Shown: piece by piece, positions 38,949 through 47,673 of the stretch | How the letters are laid out: every line of letters begins with the position of its first letter | How positions within the stretch are numbered: position 1 is the stretch's first letter | Source: an uncultured delta proteobacterium | GTDB lineage: Bacteria > Myxococcota_A > Polyangia > Polyangiales > Polyangiaceae | Length of the DNA: 64,000 nt | Direction of reading: 5' to 3' | NCBI GenBank assembly: GCA_963782055.1 | Contig: CAWAIF010000003.1 | Coordinates: 576,001-640,000 of the forward strand | Notes under the pieces: model-generated | Databases searched by the model: none | Seen by the model: only the letters and a program-made list of their open reading frames with translations | Told to the model about the DNA's origin: nothing | Translations under genes and position numbers: made by a program

Positions 38949-39920
38949 GTGCGACGCTTCGTTCTCGCCCTCGGGCTGTTCGCCGTGGCTGCCGCCTCCG
39001 CCTGCTACCTGCCGGGCGAGAAGCCCAAGTCGGCCGCCGACAAGATCCCCAAGTGCCCGGAGCCCGCCATGTACGGCATGGTGCTGGCCACCATCCACGA
39101 GTACCACCTCGCCGATCAGGGCTTCCCGCTGGCGCGCGTGGGCGACGTGCTCGACGCCTACCGCCCCGATGTGGTCCTGGTCGACATCCCCGACGACATC
39201 CTGAAGGGCGACCACCCCGAGATGGGCCCGGTGGAGCTGGAGTACGTGAAGTACATCGCGGGGACCCGGCAGACCGACGTGGTCTCCATCGCGCCGCCGC
39301 CGCGTGACGAGCCGCCCGTCAACGCCCAGCCGGACAAGCTGGACGTGGACGCCCTGCGCAACGAGGTGGGCACCTCGCTCGACGACCTGACCACCGAGAG
39401 CTTCGAGCAGCTCAACGGCGACGAGGGCACGCTCAAGATCTACAAGGGTCTCAACGCGCGCACCCGCTACGTGAAGGGCAACCCCGACTGGGCCATGCAC
39501 GAGGCGTGGCTGGAGCGAGGAGCCGACAAGGCCATCGCCACCGCCAAGCCGCGCAAGGTCCTGGCGATCGTCGACCCGGAGTACCGCTGGGCCCTGCAGG
39601 CGTACTTCGCCGGCCGCGGGATGGGCATCAAGAACCCGGTGAAGGTCGTGGCGAAGTCCACCGAGCGCCGTGAGGAGAGCAGCGTGCCGGCCATCGTGCT
39701 GCACGCGTGGCAGGAGCAGGCCGACAAGCTTCGCGACCGGGAGAGCCGGCTGCAGCCCGGCGACGATCGCAGCTCCATCGAGGCCCAGCTGCGCGTCATC
39801 GAGGCGGCCGTGGACAAGAACGGCGGCTGCTGCGTCAGCCCCGACGTCCTCCATCCGCCGCAGTCGGACACGCCCCCGCCCGCCGACGCCCAGAAGCACA
39901 AGCACAAGAAGAAGCGGTGA
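38949..39920 (+). CDS. Uncharacterised lipoprotein
   Basis: Lipobox ASAC; L.TIH..H and YRPDVVLVDIP; strong GC3 bias. Confidence 0.8.
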   Translation: MRRFVLALGLFAVAAASACYLPGEKPKSAADKIPKCPEPAMYGMVLATIHEYHLADQGFPLARVGDVLDAYRPDVVLVDIPDDILKGDHPEMGPVELEYVKYIAGTRQTDVVSIAPPPRDEPPVNAQPDKLDVDALRNEVGTSLDDLTTESFEQLNGDEGTLKIYKGLNARTRYVKGNPDWAMHEAWLERGADKAIATAKPRKVLAIVDPEYRWALQAYFAGRGMGIKNPVKVVAKSTERREESSVPAIVLHAWQEQADKLRDRESRLQPGDDRSSIEAQLRVIEAAVDKNGGCCVSPDVLHPPQSDTPPPADAQKHKHKKKR

Positions 39921-39962
39921 CCCGGGGGGGCACCCGGACCTCGACGCCCGTAGGATGGCGCG

Positions 39963-40361
39963 ATGACCTCCACGGGAACGCCCCTCTTCCTCACCCTCGG
40001 CGCCGCGGTGAGCGAGGGCGCCACGCTGCTCATCGCGATAGCCTTCGTCGTGGTGGCGGTGATGGTGCGGCGCACGCGCCCGGACGCCTTCGGCCTGCTG
40101 TTGAGCGCCTCGCTCGTCTTCTTGGGCAACCGGGTGGTGGGGTTCGCGCTCCAGCTGCTCGTCCCAATCTTCACGATCCGCAGCGGCCCATCGAGCCTCG
40201 ATAGCTACGCGCAGGGGATGTTCCTGGTGAGCGTGCTCAGCAGCCTGATCAGCCTGGTGGGCTTCGGCCTCCTCTTCGCCGGTGTCCTGCGCCTCGCTCG
40301 GCCGCCGGGCGACGCGTCGTCGCGCACCGCCTTCGCCGAAGGGCGTTATCAAGGGCTGTGA
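39963..40361 (+). CDS. Small membrane protein (3 TMs)
   Basis: Three hydrophobic segments; fills the gap between flanking genes. Confidence 0.7.
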   Translation: MTSTGTPLFLTLGAAVSEGATLLIAIAFVVVAVMVRRTRPDAFGLLLSASLVFLGNRVVGFALQLLVPIFTIRSGPSSLDSYAQGMFLVSVLSSLISLVGFGLLFAGVLRLARPPGDASSRTAFAEGRYQGL

Positions 40362-40362
40362 C

Positions 40363-42117
40363 CTACACGCCCGCGAGCTGCTGGAACGCGGCGGCGAGCT
40401 TCTGCATCACCGCGCGCGCGCGCGCCTCCGCCTCCGCGAACGGCTCGCCCGCGCGGACCTCCTCGCGCACGTCGAAGTAGAACTTCACCTTCGGCTCGGT
40501 GCCGCTCGGGCGGGCCAGGATGCGGCTCTGGCCGGCCAGGTCGAAGCCGACCATGTTGGTGCGGGGCAGGGTGAGGGGGGTGGACTTGCCGCCCTCGGTG
40601 CGGGTGCGCGTCTCGTAGTAGTCGCTGACGGCGACGACGGCGTGATCGCCGATGCGCTCCGGGCGCGCCTTGCGCAGGCGGTCCATGATCGCGGCGATCT
40701 CCGCCGCGCCCTCGGCGCCCTTGCGCACCACGCTCGCCTGCATGCTGACGAAGAGGCCGTGCTCGCGGGCGATCGCCTCCAGCGCCTGGTGCACCGTCTT
40801 GCCCTCGGTGGAGAGGGAGGCGGCGAGCTCGGCGAAGAGCACCGCCGCGCTCACGCCGTCCTTGTCGCGGACGACGTCGCCCACCGTGTAGCCGAGCGCC
40901 TCCTCGTAGCCGAAGACGAAGCGCAGTCCCTCCTCCCGCTCCAGGTCCATCGCCCGGTTGGCGATCCACTTGAAGCCGGTGAGCGTCTCCTCGTAGCGGA
41001 CGCCCATCCCGCGGGCGATGACGCCGAGCATCGGCGAGGAGACGATGGAGGCGAGCACGACGCGCTTCCCCGACCGGTCGCCGCGGGTGAGCAGGTAGTG
41101 GCCGAGCAGCACGCCGACCTGGTTGCCGGTGAGCTGCAGCCACCCGCCCTTCGCGGTCGCGTCGGGGATCGCGACCGAGAGCCTGTCGGCGTCGGGATCG
41201 TTGGCGAGCACCAGCTCCGCGTTCTTCTTCCGGGCGAGGGCGAGCACCAGGTCCATCGCGCCCTTCTCCTCCGGGTTGGGGAAGGCGACGGTGGGGAAGG
41301 CGCCGTCGGGCTGGGCCTGCTCCGGCACCGACGTGACGTCGGTGAAGCCGGCCTCGGCGAGGGCGAGGTGGGCGAGCCGGTCGCCCACGCCGTGGAGCGG
41401 CGTGTAGGCGATGCGCAGGTCCCGGCGCTTGCCCTCGCCCACGCGCAGCTTCGCGACCGCGTCGAGGTACGCGCGCTCCACGGTCGGCGGTACGGTGACC
41501 ACGAGCCCCTTCGCGCGCGCCTCCTTCAGCGCGGCGCGCGGGACGTCCTTCGCCGGCGGCGCGGCGTCGATCGCCTTCGCGATGTCGGCGTCGATGGGCG
41601 GGATGATCTGCGCGCTGTTGTGCCAGTAGACCTTGTAGCCGTTGTACTCCGGCGGATTGTGGCTGGCGGTGACCATCACGCCCGCGGCGGCGCCCAGGTG
41701 CTTGACCGCGAAGGCGGTGAGCGGCGTCGGGCAGACCGCGTCGAAGAGGTGCGCGTGGATGCCCATCGCGGCGAGCACGCACGCGGTGTCCTCGGCGAAC
41801 GCGCGGCTCAGGTGGCGGCCGTCGTAGCCGACGACGACGCCGCGCGCGGCCGCGTCCTTCACCGCCGCGGCGAGGTGCGCCCCCAGGCCGTGCGTGGTGC
41901 GCAGCACGACGGCGCGGTTCATCCGGTTGGGGCCGGCGCCGAGGACGCCGCGCAGTCCCGCCGTGCCGAACTCGAGCTTTCCGGCAAAGCGGTCAGCGAG
42001 GTCCGCCTCCGCCGCCGCGTCGCCCTTCGCCAGCAGCGCCTCGAGCTCCTGCCGCGTCTCGGGGCTGGGGTCCTCGGCGATCCATCGCCGTGCGCGCTCG
42101 CGGAGTGCCTGGTCCAT
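40363..42117 (-). CDS. Phosphoglucomutase/phosphomannomutase family protein
   Basis: FGTAGLRG, TASHNP, DPDADR, GYEEALG, RPSGTEPK; ATG at 42117. Confidence 0.96.
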   Translation of the reverse strand: MDQALRERARRWIAEDPSPETRQELEALLAKGDAAAEADLADRFAGKLEFGTAGLRGVLGAGPNRMNRAVVLRTTHGLGAHLAAAVKDAAARGVVVGYDGRHLSRAFAEDTACVLAAMGIHAHLFDAVCPTPLTAFAVKHLGAAAGVMVTASHNPPEYNGYKVYWHNSAQIIPPIDADIAKAIDAAPPAKDVPRAALKEARAKGLVVTVPPTVERAYLDAVAKLRVGEGKRRDLRIAYTPLHGVGDRLAHLALAEAGFTDVTSVPEQAQPDGAFPTVAFPNPEEKGAMDLVLALARKKNAELVLANDPDADRLSVAIPDATAKGGWLQLTGNQVGVLLGHYLLTRGDRSGKRVVLASIVSSPMLGVIARGMGVRYEETLTGFKWIANRAMDLEREEGLRFVFGYEEALGYTVGDVVRDKDGVSAAVLFAELAASLSTEGKTVHQALEAIAREHGLFVSMQASVVRKGAEGAAEIAAIMDRLRKARPERIGDHAVVAVSDYYETRTRTEGGKSTPLTLPRTNMVGFDLAGQSRILARPSGTEPKVKFYFDVREEVRAGEPFAEAEARARAVMQKLAAAFQQLAGV

Positions 42118-42228
42118 GACGGGGACATACCACCGGGCGCGCGCCGCGTCCCGGGCCGCCTCTGGCGCGGTATTTACGTTACAAACTGCGTGCGTCGGGG
42201 CGCGGGGGGCTAAGCTCGACCCCGCGAG

Positions 42229-43791
42229 ATGCTGCGTTACGCGATCCGCCGGATTCTGTGGGCAGTACCGACGATCCTGGGCATCAGCGTCGTCGCCTTC
42301 CTCGTCAGCACGCTCATCCCGGAGCCGCCGCCGCTCTCCGTCGACCAGCAGATCGCGCTGCTCGGGAAGGACCCCGCCCAGTACGACAGCTACGTCGAAT
42401 CGCGCCGGGAGCGGTCGCTGGATCTGCCCCGCTTCGTCAACCCCACGCCGCGCGACGTGCGCGCCCTCGCGGAGGCCGCCGTTGCGCATTTGGCGGCCAA
42501 CGACGCGCAGGCGCCGCTCGCCGCGCACCAGCTCGCCCGGGTGGGCGGCGCCGCGCTGCCCTACGTGGTGCCCTCGCTCGACCGGCTCGCCCCCGCGGCG
42601 CGCCGCCGCGTGGCGATGGCGCTCCTGCCCATCGCGCGGCGCATGGGCCTGGACGACGACGCCCGCGTGCGCGACCCCGACACCGCGCCGGTGTTCTGGA
42701 CGCAGTTCTGGGAGGACCGCTCGCTGGAGTTCACCGCGCCCGCCGTGCGCCGCTCGGTCGTGCGGCTCACGAGGCGCGCGACCGACGCGCGCGAGCGCGA
42801 CGTGGTGGAGGTGGACACCTTCGCGCTGGGCGAGCTGGTGGCGGCGATGCAGACCTCGTCCGACCCCGACGCCACCGCGCGCCTCTCGGCGCTGGCGTCG
42901 CACGTCTCGTCGCACCAGGTCGCGGTGCCGCGGCCGCTCGACGCGGCCGGCGCGCGCCGCGTGGCCGACACCTGGGCGCGGTGGTGGGACATGCACCGCG
43001 CCGACTACCAGCCGCTGGAGGGCGGCGAGCGCATCACGGCGACGCTCTCCGAGACGCGTTACGGCCGGTGGCTGCTCTCCGCCGCGATGGGACGCTTCGG
43101 GACCAGCGTGCGCGACGGCGAGCCGATCATGGCGAAGGTGATGGCGCACGCGCGCATCACCCTCGCGCTGCTCTTCATCTCGCTGTTCGCCAGCTTCGGG
43201 CTGGCGGTCCCCATCGGCGTCATCAGCGCGCGGCGGCGCGGTCAGCCGGTGGACGTGTGGCTCGCCGTGACGCTCTTCTTGCTGCACTCGCTGCCGACCT
43301 ACTTCCTCGCCGAGGTGCTGGTGCAGGCTTCCCGCGGCGGGTGGCCGGAGACGGTGCGCGTGGTGCTCGCCATCGTCACGATGACCGCGGCGGCGCTCGC
43401 CGCGCTCTCCCGCTACCAGCGCGCGTCCATGCTGGACGTGCTCGGCCAGGACTACATCCGCACCGCGCGGGCGAAGGGCCTCAGCGAGTGGCGCGTGCTG
43501 CTGGTCCACGGGCTTCGCAACGCCGTGCTGCCGATGGTGACGCTCGCCGGGCTGCAGATCCCGGTGCTCTTCGGCGCGGCCATCGTCGTGGAGGAGGTGT
43601 TCGAGCTCCCCGGCCTCGGCTACGAGACGATGCGCGCCGTGGAGTCGCACGACGCCTCGTGGCTGGTCGCCATCGTGCTCTTCACCGCCCTCGCGACGAC
43701 GGCGGCGCTCATCGCGAGCGACGTCGCGTACGGCATCCTGGACCCGCGCATGCGTGAGCGGCTGCTCCGCCGCAGGGGAGGGGCCGCGTGA
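42229..43791 (+). CDS. OppB/DppB-family ABC permease with a large extracytoplasmic insertion
   Basis: MLRYAIRRIL, G.FGTS, DYIRTARAKGL, H.LRNA, E.VF..PGLG, LDPR; 520 aa. Confidence 0.9.
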   Translation: MLRYAIRRILWAVPTILGISVVAFLVSTLIPEPPPLSVDQQIALLGKDPAQYDSYVESRRERSLDLPRFVNPTPRDVRALAEAAVAHLAANDAQAPLAAHQLARVGGAALPYVVPSLDRLAPAARRRVAMALLPIARRMGLDDDARVRDPDTAPVFWTQFWEDRSLEFTAPAVRRSVVRLTRRATDARERDVVEVDTFALGELVAAMQTSSDPDATARLSALASHVSSHQVAVPRPLDAAGARRVADTWARWWDMHRADYQPLEGGERITATLSETRYGRWLLSAAMGRFGTSVRDGEPIMAKVMAHARITLALLFISLFASFGLAVPIGVISARRRGQPVDVWLAVTLFLLHSLPTYFLAEVLVQASRGGWPETVRVVLAIVTMTAAALAALSRYQRASMLDVLGQDYIRTARAKGLSEWRVLLVHGLRNAVLPMVTLAGLQIPVLFGAAIVVEEVFELPGLGYETMRAVESHDASWLVAIVLFTALATTAALIASDVAYGILDPRMRERLLRRRGGAA

Positions 43792-44792
43792 GCGAGCGCG
43801 CCGTGCTGAGGCCCGGGTCCATCCGGCGCGCGGTCGCCATCCTGGTGGGCAAGCGCGTGGTCCTGGCGTGCCTCGCCGTGCTGGGCGTGCTCGCGCTGGT
43901 GGCGGTGTTCGCCGACGAGATCGCCTCCGATCTGCCCGTCGTCTGCCGGGTGCACGGCACGCTCTACGTGATGCCCAACGTGACGCGGCCGGCCGCGCTG
44001 GAGGGCTACGATCACGCCCGCATCGCCCGCGAGCGGCAGGCGGGCGACTGGGCCTTCGGCCCGCTGATGCGCCAGGGGCCGCAGCAGGAGTCTCACGACG
44101 TGCTCGCCCCGCCGCTGCGGGAGCTCGGGCACCCGCTGGGTACCGACGAGCTCGGCCGCGACGTGCTGGTGCGGCTGGTCTACGGCGCGCGCGTCACGCT
44201 GGGGGTCGCCCTGCTCGCGGTCGTCGGGTTCGTGCTCGTGGGGGCGGTGCTGGGCGCGCTCTCCGGGTTCTTCGGCGGCGGTCTGGACTTCCTGGTGGCG
44301 CGCCTCACCGAGACACTCTCGTCCTTCCCGGTGCCGGTGCTGGTGCTCGCGGTGCAGGCGATGGTGCCGCGGCCGGGCGTGGGATCGCTCCTCACCACCA
44401 TCGCGGTGCTGCGCTGGCCGGAGGTCGCCCGCCTGGTGCGGGCGGAGGTCATGGCGGTCGCCTCGTCCGACTACGTGGTCGCCGCGCGGGCGCTCGGGGC
44501 CACGCCGGCACGGGTGCTGCGGCGGCACGTGCTGCCGATGGCGCTCACCCCGGCGGTGGTCACGGCGGTGCTCGGGCTGGGCCAGATCGTGCTGCTGGAG
44601 TCGTCGCTGGACTTCCTGCGCGTCGGGCTGCCGGCGTCGGTGCCCACGTGGGGGGAGATGCTCAGCGAGTCGCGCGATCACTTCGGGGCGTGGTGGCTGC
44701 TGCTGCTCCCCGGGCTGCTGGTCTTCCTCACCGTCATCGCCACCAACGCCGTGGGCGAGGCCGCCCGCGACGCGCTCGACCCGCGGGTGTGA
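43788..44792 (+). CDS. OppC/DppC-family ABC permease
   Basis: HPLGTDELGRDV, YV.AARALGA, RHVLP, PTWG.ML, RDALDPR. Confidence 0.93.
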   Translation: MSERAVLRPGSIRRAVAILVGKRVVLACLAVLGVLALVAVFADEIASDLPVVCRVHGTLYVMPNVTRPAALEGYDHARIARERQAGDWAFGPLMRQGPQQESHDVLAPPLRELGHPLGTDELGRDVLVRLVYGARVTLGVALLAVVGFVLVGAVLGALSGFFGGGLDFLVARLTETLSSFPVPVLVLAVQAMVPRPGVGSLLTTIAVLRWPEVARLVRAEVMAVASSDYVVAARALGATPARVLRRHVLPMALTPAVVTAVLGLGQIVLLESSLDFLRVGLPASVPTWGEMLSESRDHFGAWWLLLLPGLLVFLTVIATNAVGEAARDALDPRV

Positions 44793-44846
44793 GTCCCCCT
44801 CAGGGAGGGTTGGACAGCGCGCGGGGAGTGGTTACCCTACCCGCGC

Positions 44847-45545
44847 ATGAGCAACTTCGGACGGGGTCTCGCCCTCGGCGGCGCGGGCCCGAAAGCGGGC
44901 CCGGGTAAGGGCATTCCCACCATTCGCGAGCAGGACTTCGAGGCGGAGGTCCTCCGCAGCGAGGTGCCCGTCCTGCTGGAGTTTTCGGCGGAGTGGTGCC
45001 AGCCCTGCAAGCAGATCGCGCCGGAGGTGGAGTCCTTCGCCCAGGAGATGGAGGGCAAGGTCCGCGTCCGCAAGGTGGACGTGGACCAGTCACCGCTCGT
45101 CGCGCGCGAGCTGCGGGTCCAGTCGGTCCCCACCTTCATGCTCTTCGAGCACGGCCGTCCGGTGGACGCCGTCGTCGGCGCCATCGGCAAGAAGAAGCTG
45201 CGGGAGATGGTCGAGCCCTTCCTCCCCCGCGCCGAGGGCGCGGTGAAGGCGCCGGAGCTGGTGCAGCTCCTGAAGGAGGGCGTCGTCGTCCCGGTGGACA
45301 CGCGCGACGCGGCCGCGTTCAAGCGCGCCCACGTGCCCGGCGCGCAGAACATCCCCTTCGAGGAGATTGGCGATCGCCTGGCGGAGCTGCACATGCTCCC
45401 CGGCCGGCCGGTTGTCTACTGCCGCTCCGGCGACAAGACGAAGGACCTCGCCCTCAAGCTGGCGGAAGACGGCGTGCCCGTCATGTTCCTGGAGGGTGGC
45501 CTGCTCGCGTGGGAGTCGGAGGGGCTGAAGGTCGAGCGGGGCTGA
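44847..45545 (+). CDS. Thioredoxin-rhodanese fusion protein
   Basis: WCQPC and SVPT thioredoxin motifs; DTR...HVPGA.NIP...YCRSG...LEGG..AW rhodanese motifs. Confidence 0.88.
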   Translation: MSNFGRGLALGGAGPKAGPGKGIPTIREQDFEAEVLRSEVPVLLEFSAEWCQPCKQIAPEVESFAQEMEGKVRVRKVDVDQSPLVARELRVQSVPTFMLFEHGRPVDAVVGAIGKKKLREMVEPFLPRAEGAVKAPELVQLLKEGVVVPVDTRDAAAFKRAHVPGAQNIPFEEIGDRLAELHMLPGRPVVYCRSGDKTKDLALKLAEDGVPVMFLEGGLLAWESEGLKVERG

Positions 45546-45663
45546 CGCTCCCGCCGGCCGCCAAGGCCCGGCCCGGTGGTCGCCGTGCGCCGGCGCCCGC
45601 CCGCACGGCTTGCCGATCTCCCGCGGCGGGAACACACTGCGGCTGCATGAGAGGTGGTGGGGT

Positions 45664-46149
45664 GTGAGCGCGACCGAACGAGAAACAGGCGACCTCGACC
45701 GCTTCCGGGCGCTGCTGCACTCGCACATGGTCAAGAAGGGCCTCCGCTCGACCGATCAGCGGCGGCTCATCGTGGAGACCTTCTTCCGCTCGCCCAACCA
45801 CGTCAGCATCGAGGAGCTGCTCGGGCAGGTCCGCGCGCAGGACCCGAAGGTGGGCTACGCGACGGTCTACCGGACGCTCAAGCTGCTCACCGAGTGCGGC
45901 GTCGCGCTGGAGCGGCGGTTCGGCGACGGCCTCGCCCGCTACGAGCTGGCGGACGACACCTCCCACCACCACGACCACCTGATCTGCGTGGAGTGCGGCG
46001 CCATCGTGGAGTTCGAGGAGCCGCGCATCGAGGCGCTGCAGGAAGAGGTGGCGTTGCGCTACGGCTTCGAGCTGCGCAGCCACAAGCACGAGATGTACGG
46101 CCTCTGCCCGGCGTGCCAGGACAAGCTGCGCGGCCCCCGCCGCAACTGA
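45664..46149 (+). CDS. fur: Fur-family transcriptional regulator
   Basis: T.QR, ATVYRTL, HHDHLICVECG, GLCPAC; GTG start after a GAGG RBS. Confidence 0.9.
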   Translation: MSATERETGDLDRFRALLHSHMVKKGLRSTDQRRLIVETFFRSPNHVSIEELLGQVRAQDPKVGYATVYRTLKLLTECGVALERRFGDGLARYELADDTSHHHDHLICVECGAIVEFEEPRIEALQEEVALRYGFELRSHKHEMYGLCPACQDKLRGPRRN

Positions 46150-46155
46150 GCGATC

Positions 46156-46761
46156 TCAGCGCTTCGCAGGGTCGGCCTGGAGGGTGCGCCTGTCGGTCAC
46201 GATCCACGCGACCGGGACGTCGTGCGGGGCGCGGGGGATCTCGGCGAGGAGCTGGAAGTCGTAGGCGACCCCCACCAGCACCGCGCCGGGGAGCCAGCGC
46301 GGCAGGGCCATGTCGTAGAAGCCGGCGCCGTAGCCGATGCGGAAGCCGGCCGCGTCGATCGCGATGGCCGGCACGATCACCACGTCCAGCGCGAGCGGCT
46401 CCTCCGCGCCGGGCGGCGGCTCGGCGAAGCCCATCCCGCGCTCCTCGAGCGTGGCGGGATCGTCCACGAAGCGGAAGGTCATCGTGCGCGTCTCGGGGTC
46501 GATGGACGGGTAGGCGACGCGCGCGCCTGCGGCGCGCAGCGAGGTGTCCAGGGGGCGGAGGTCGACCTCGTGCTTCTCCTCGATGGGCCAGAAGAGCGCC
46601 GCCGAGCGGGCCTGCGTCACGACCTCGAGCGACTGCAGCGCAAGGACGATGCGTCGCGAGCGCTCGGCGAGGGCGGAGGCCGGCGTCGTCTGCCGCAGGC
46701 CGCGCAGGCGGCGGCGCAGCTCTGCCTTCACGCGCATCCCCAGGATCTCGTCGTCCGTCAC
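46156..46761 (-). CDS. 5-formyltetrahydrofolate cyclo-ligase
   Basis: K.ELR, EVD, EP, IVPAIA.D..G.RIGYGAGFYD, HDVP...IVT; GTG overlaps the upstream stop. Confidence 0.92.
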   Translation of the reverse strand: MTDDEILGMRVKAELRRRLRGLRQTTPASALAERSRRIVLALQSLEVVTQARSAALFWPIEEKHEVDLRPLDTSLRAAGARVAYPSIDPETRTMTFRFVDDPATLEERGMGFAEPPPGAEEPLALDVVIVPAIAIDAAGFRIGYGAGFYDMALPRWLPGAVLVGVAYDFQLLAEIPRAPHDVPVAWIVTDRRTLQADPAKR

Positions 46762-47630
46762 GCGCGCCTCCTCGATCGCCGGGGCGCGCCCTCCAGGCGC
46801 AGCCCGGGCGCCGCCCACGTGCCCACCAGCAGCTCGGCCGTCGGCCCGCGCTTGCTGGCGTCGGCGTGGATGCTCCGGGGCGCCTCGATGGATCGCATGG
46901 GGAAGCCGGCGTACAGCTCGCGCGTGTGGGGCGTGTCGGCGTTGGACAGCAGCGCGTGGACGCCCGCGTCCCGCAGCCGCGCCAGCTCGTCGCGCAGGCG
47001 CTCCTGGTCCTTCGCTCCGAAGCCGCCCGCGGCGTACGCGGTGAAGTCGCTGGTGCGCGACAGCGGCACGTAGGGCGGGTCGAAGTAGACGAAGTCCCCG
47101 GCGCGCAGCTTGCGCGTCACCGCGGTGAAGTCGCCGGTGCGCAGCTCGACGCCGGCGAGGGCCGCGGCGGCCGCGCGCAGCCGCTCCTGCTGGAGGATCC
47201 TGGGGTTGGCGTAGCGGCCGAAGGGGACGTTGAACTTGCCGCTGGCGTTGACCCGCCAGAGGCCGTTGAAGCAGGTGCGGTTGAGGAAGATGAAGCGCGC
47301 GGCGCGGGCCACGTCGCTCAGGGTGAGCGGGTCCAGCTCGCGGGTCTCGTAGAAGAGGTCGCGGTCGTAGCGGTAGGCGCCGAGCGCCTCGATGAGCTCC
47401 TCCACCCCGTCGCGCACCACCCGGTAGCAGAGGATGAGCTCCTCGTTGGCGTCGGAGAGGAAGGCGCGCGCGAAGCGCGGGCGCGCGTCGCCGGAGAGGG
47501 CGAAGAAGAGCGCGGCGCTGCCGACGAACGGCTCGGCGTAGGTACCCACCTTCTCGGGGACGCAGCCGAGCAGCTGCTCGCGGAGGCGCCACTTGCCTCC
47601 GGCCCACTTGAGGATGGGGCGCGCTTCCAT
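46758..47630 (-). CDS. Dam-family (D12 class) N6-adenine DNA methyltransferase
   Basis: LKWAGGK, EPFVGS, FNGL.RVN..G.FNVPFG.Y, DPPY, LSN. Confidence 0.93.
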   Translation of the reverse strand: MEARPILKWAGGKWRLREQLLGCVPEKVGTYAEPFVGSAALFFALSGDARPRFARAFLSDANEELILCYRVVRDGVEELIEALGAYRYDRDLFYETRELDPLTLSDVARAARFIFLNRTCFNGLWRVNASGKFNVPFGRYANPRILQQERLRAAAAALAGVELRTGDFTAVTRKLRAGDFVYFDPPYVPLSRTSDFTAYAAGGFGAKDQERLRDELARLRDAGVHALLSNADTPHTRELYAGFPMRSIEAPRSIHADASKRGPTAELLVGTWAAPGLRLEGAPRRSRRRA

Positions 47631-47673
47631 TCCTTTGCTGGACGTAGGCCATGCGCGCCGGCGCAGCAAGTGA

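Noticed and set aside
42118..43650. Apparent ~510-aa N-terminal extension of the phosphomutase (ORF 40363..43650)
   Set aside because: It lies antisense to the OppB-type gene; mutase similarity starts at ATG 42117. The same applies to the long extensions on acyP, adk, rpmI, aroE, accC and the ABC ATPase.
46761..46960. 6S RNA expected upstream of 5-FTHF cyclo-ligase
   Set aside because: The upstream sequence is fully occupied by the overlapping methyltransferase CDS.
46758..47630. Restriction-modification or prophage island around the methylase
   Set aside because: No nuclease, integrase, phage gene or compositional break is visible nearby.
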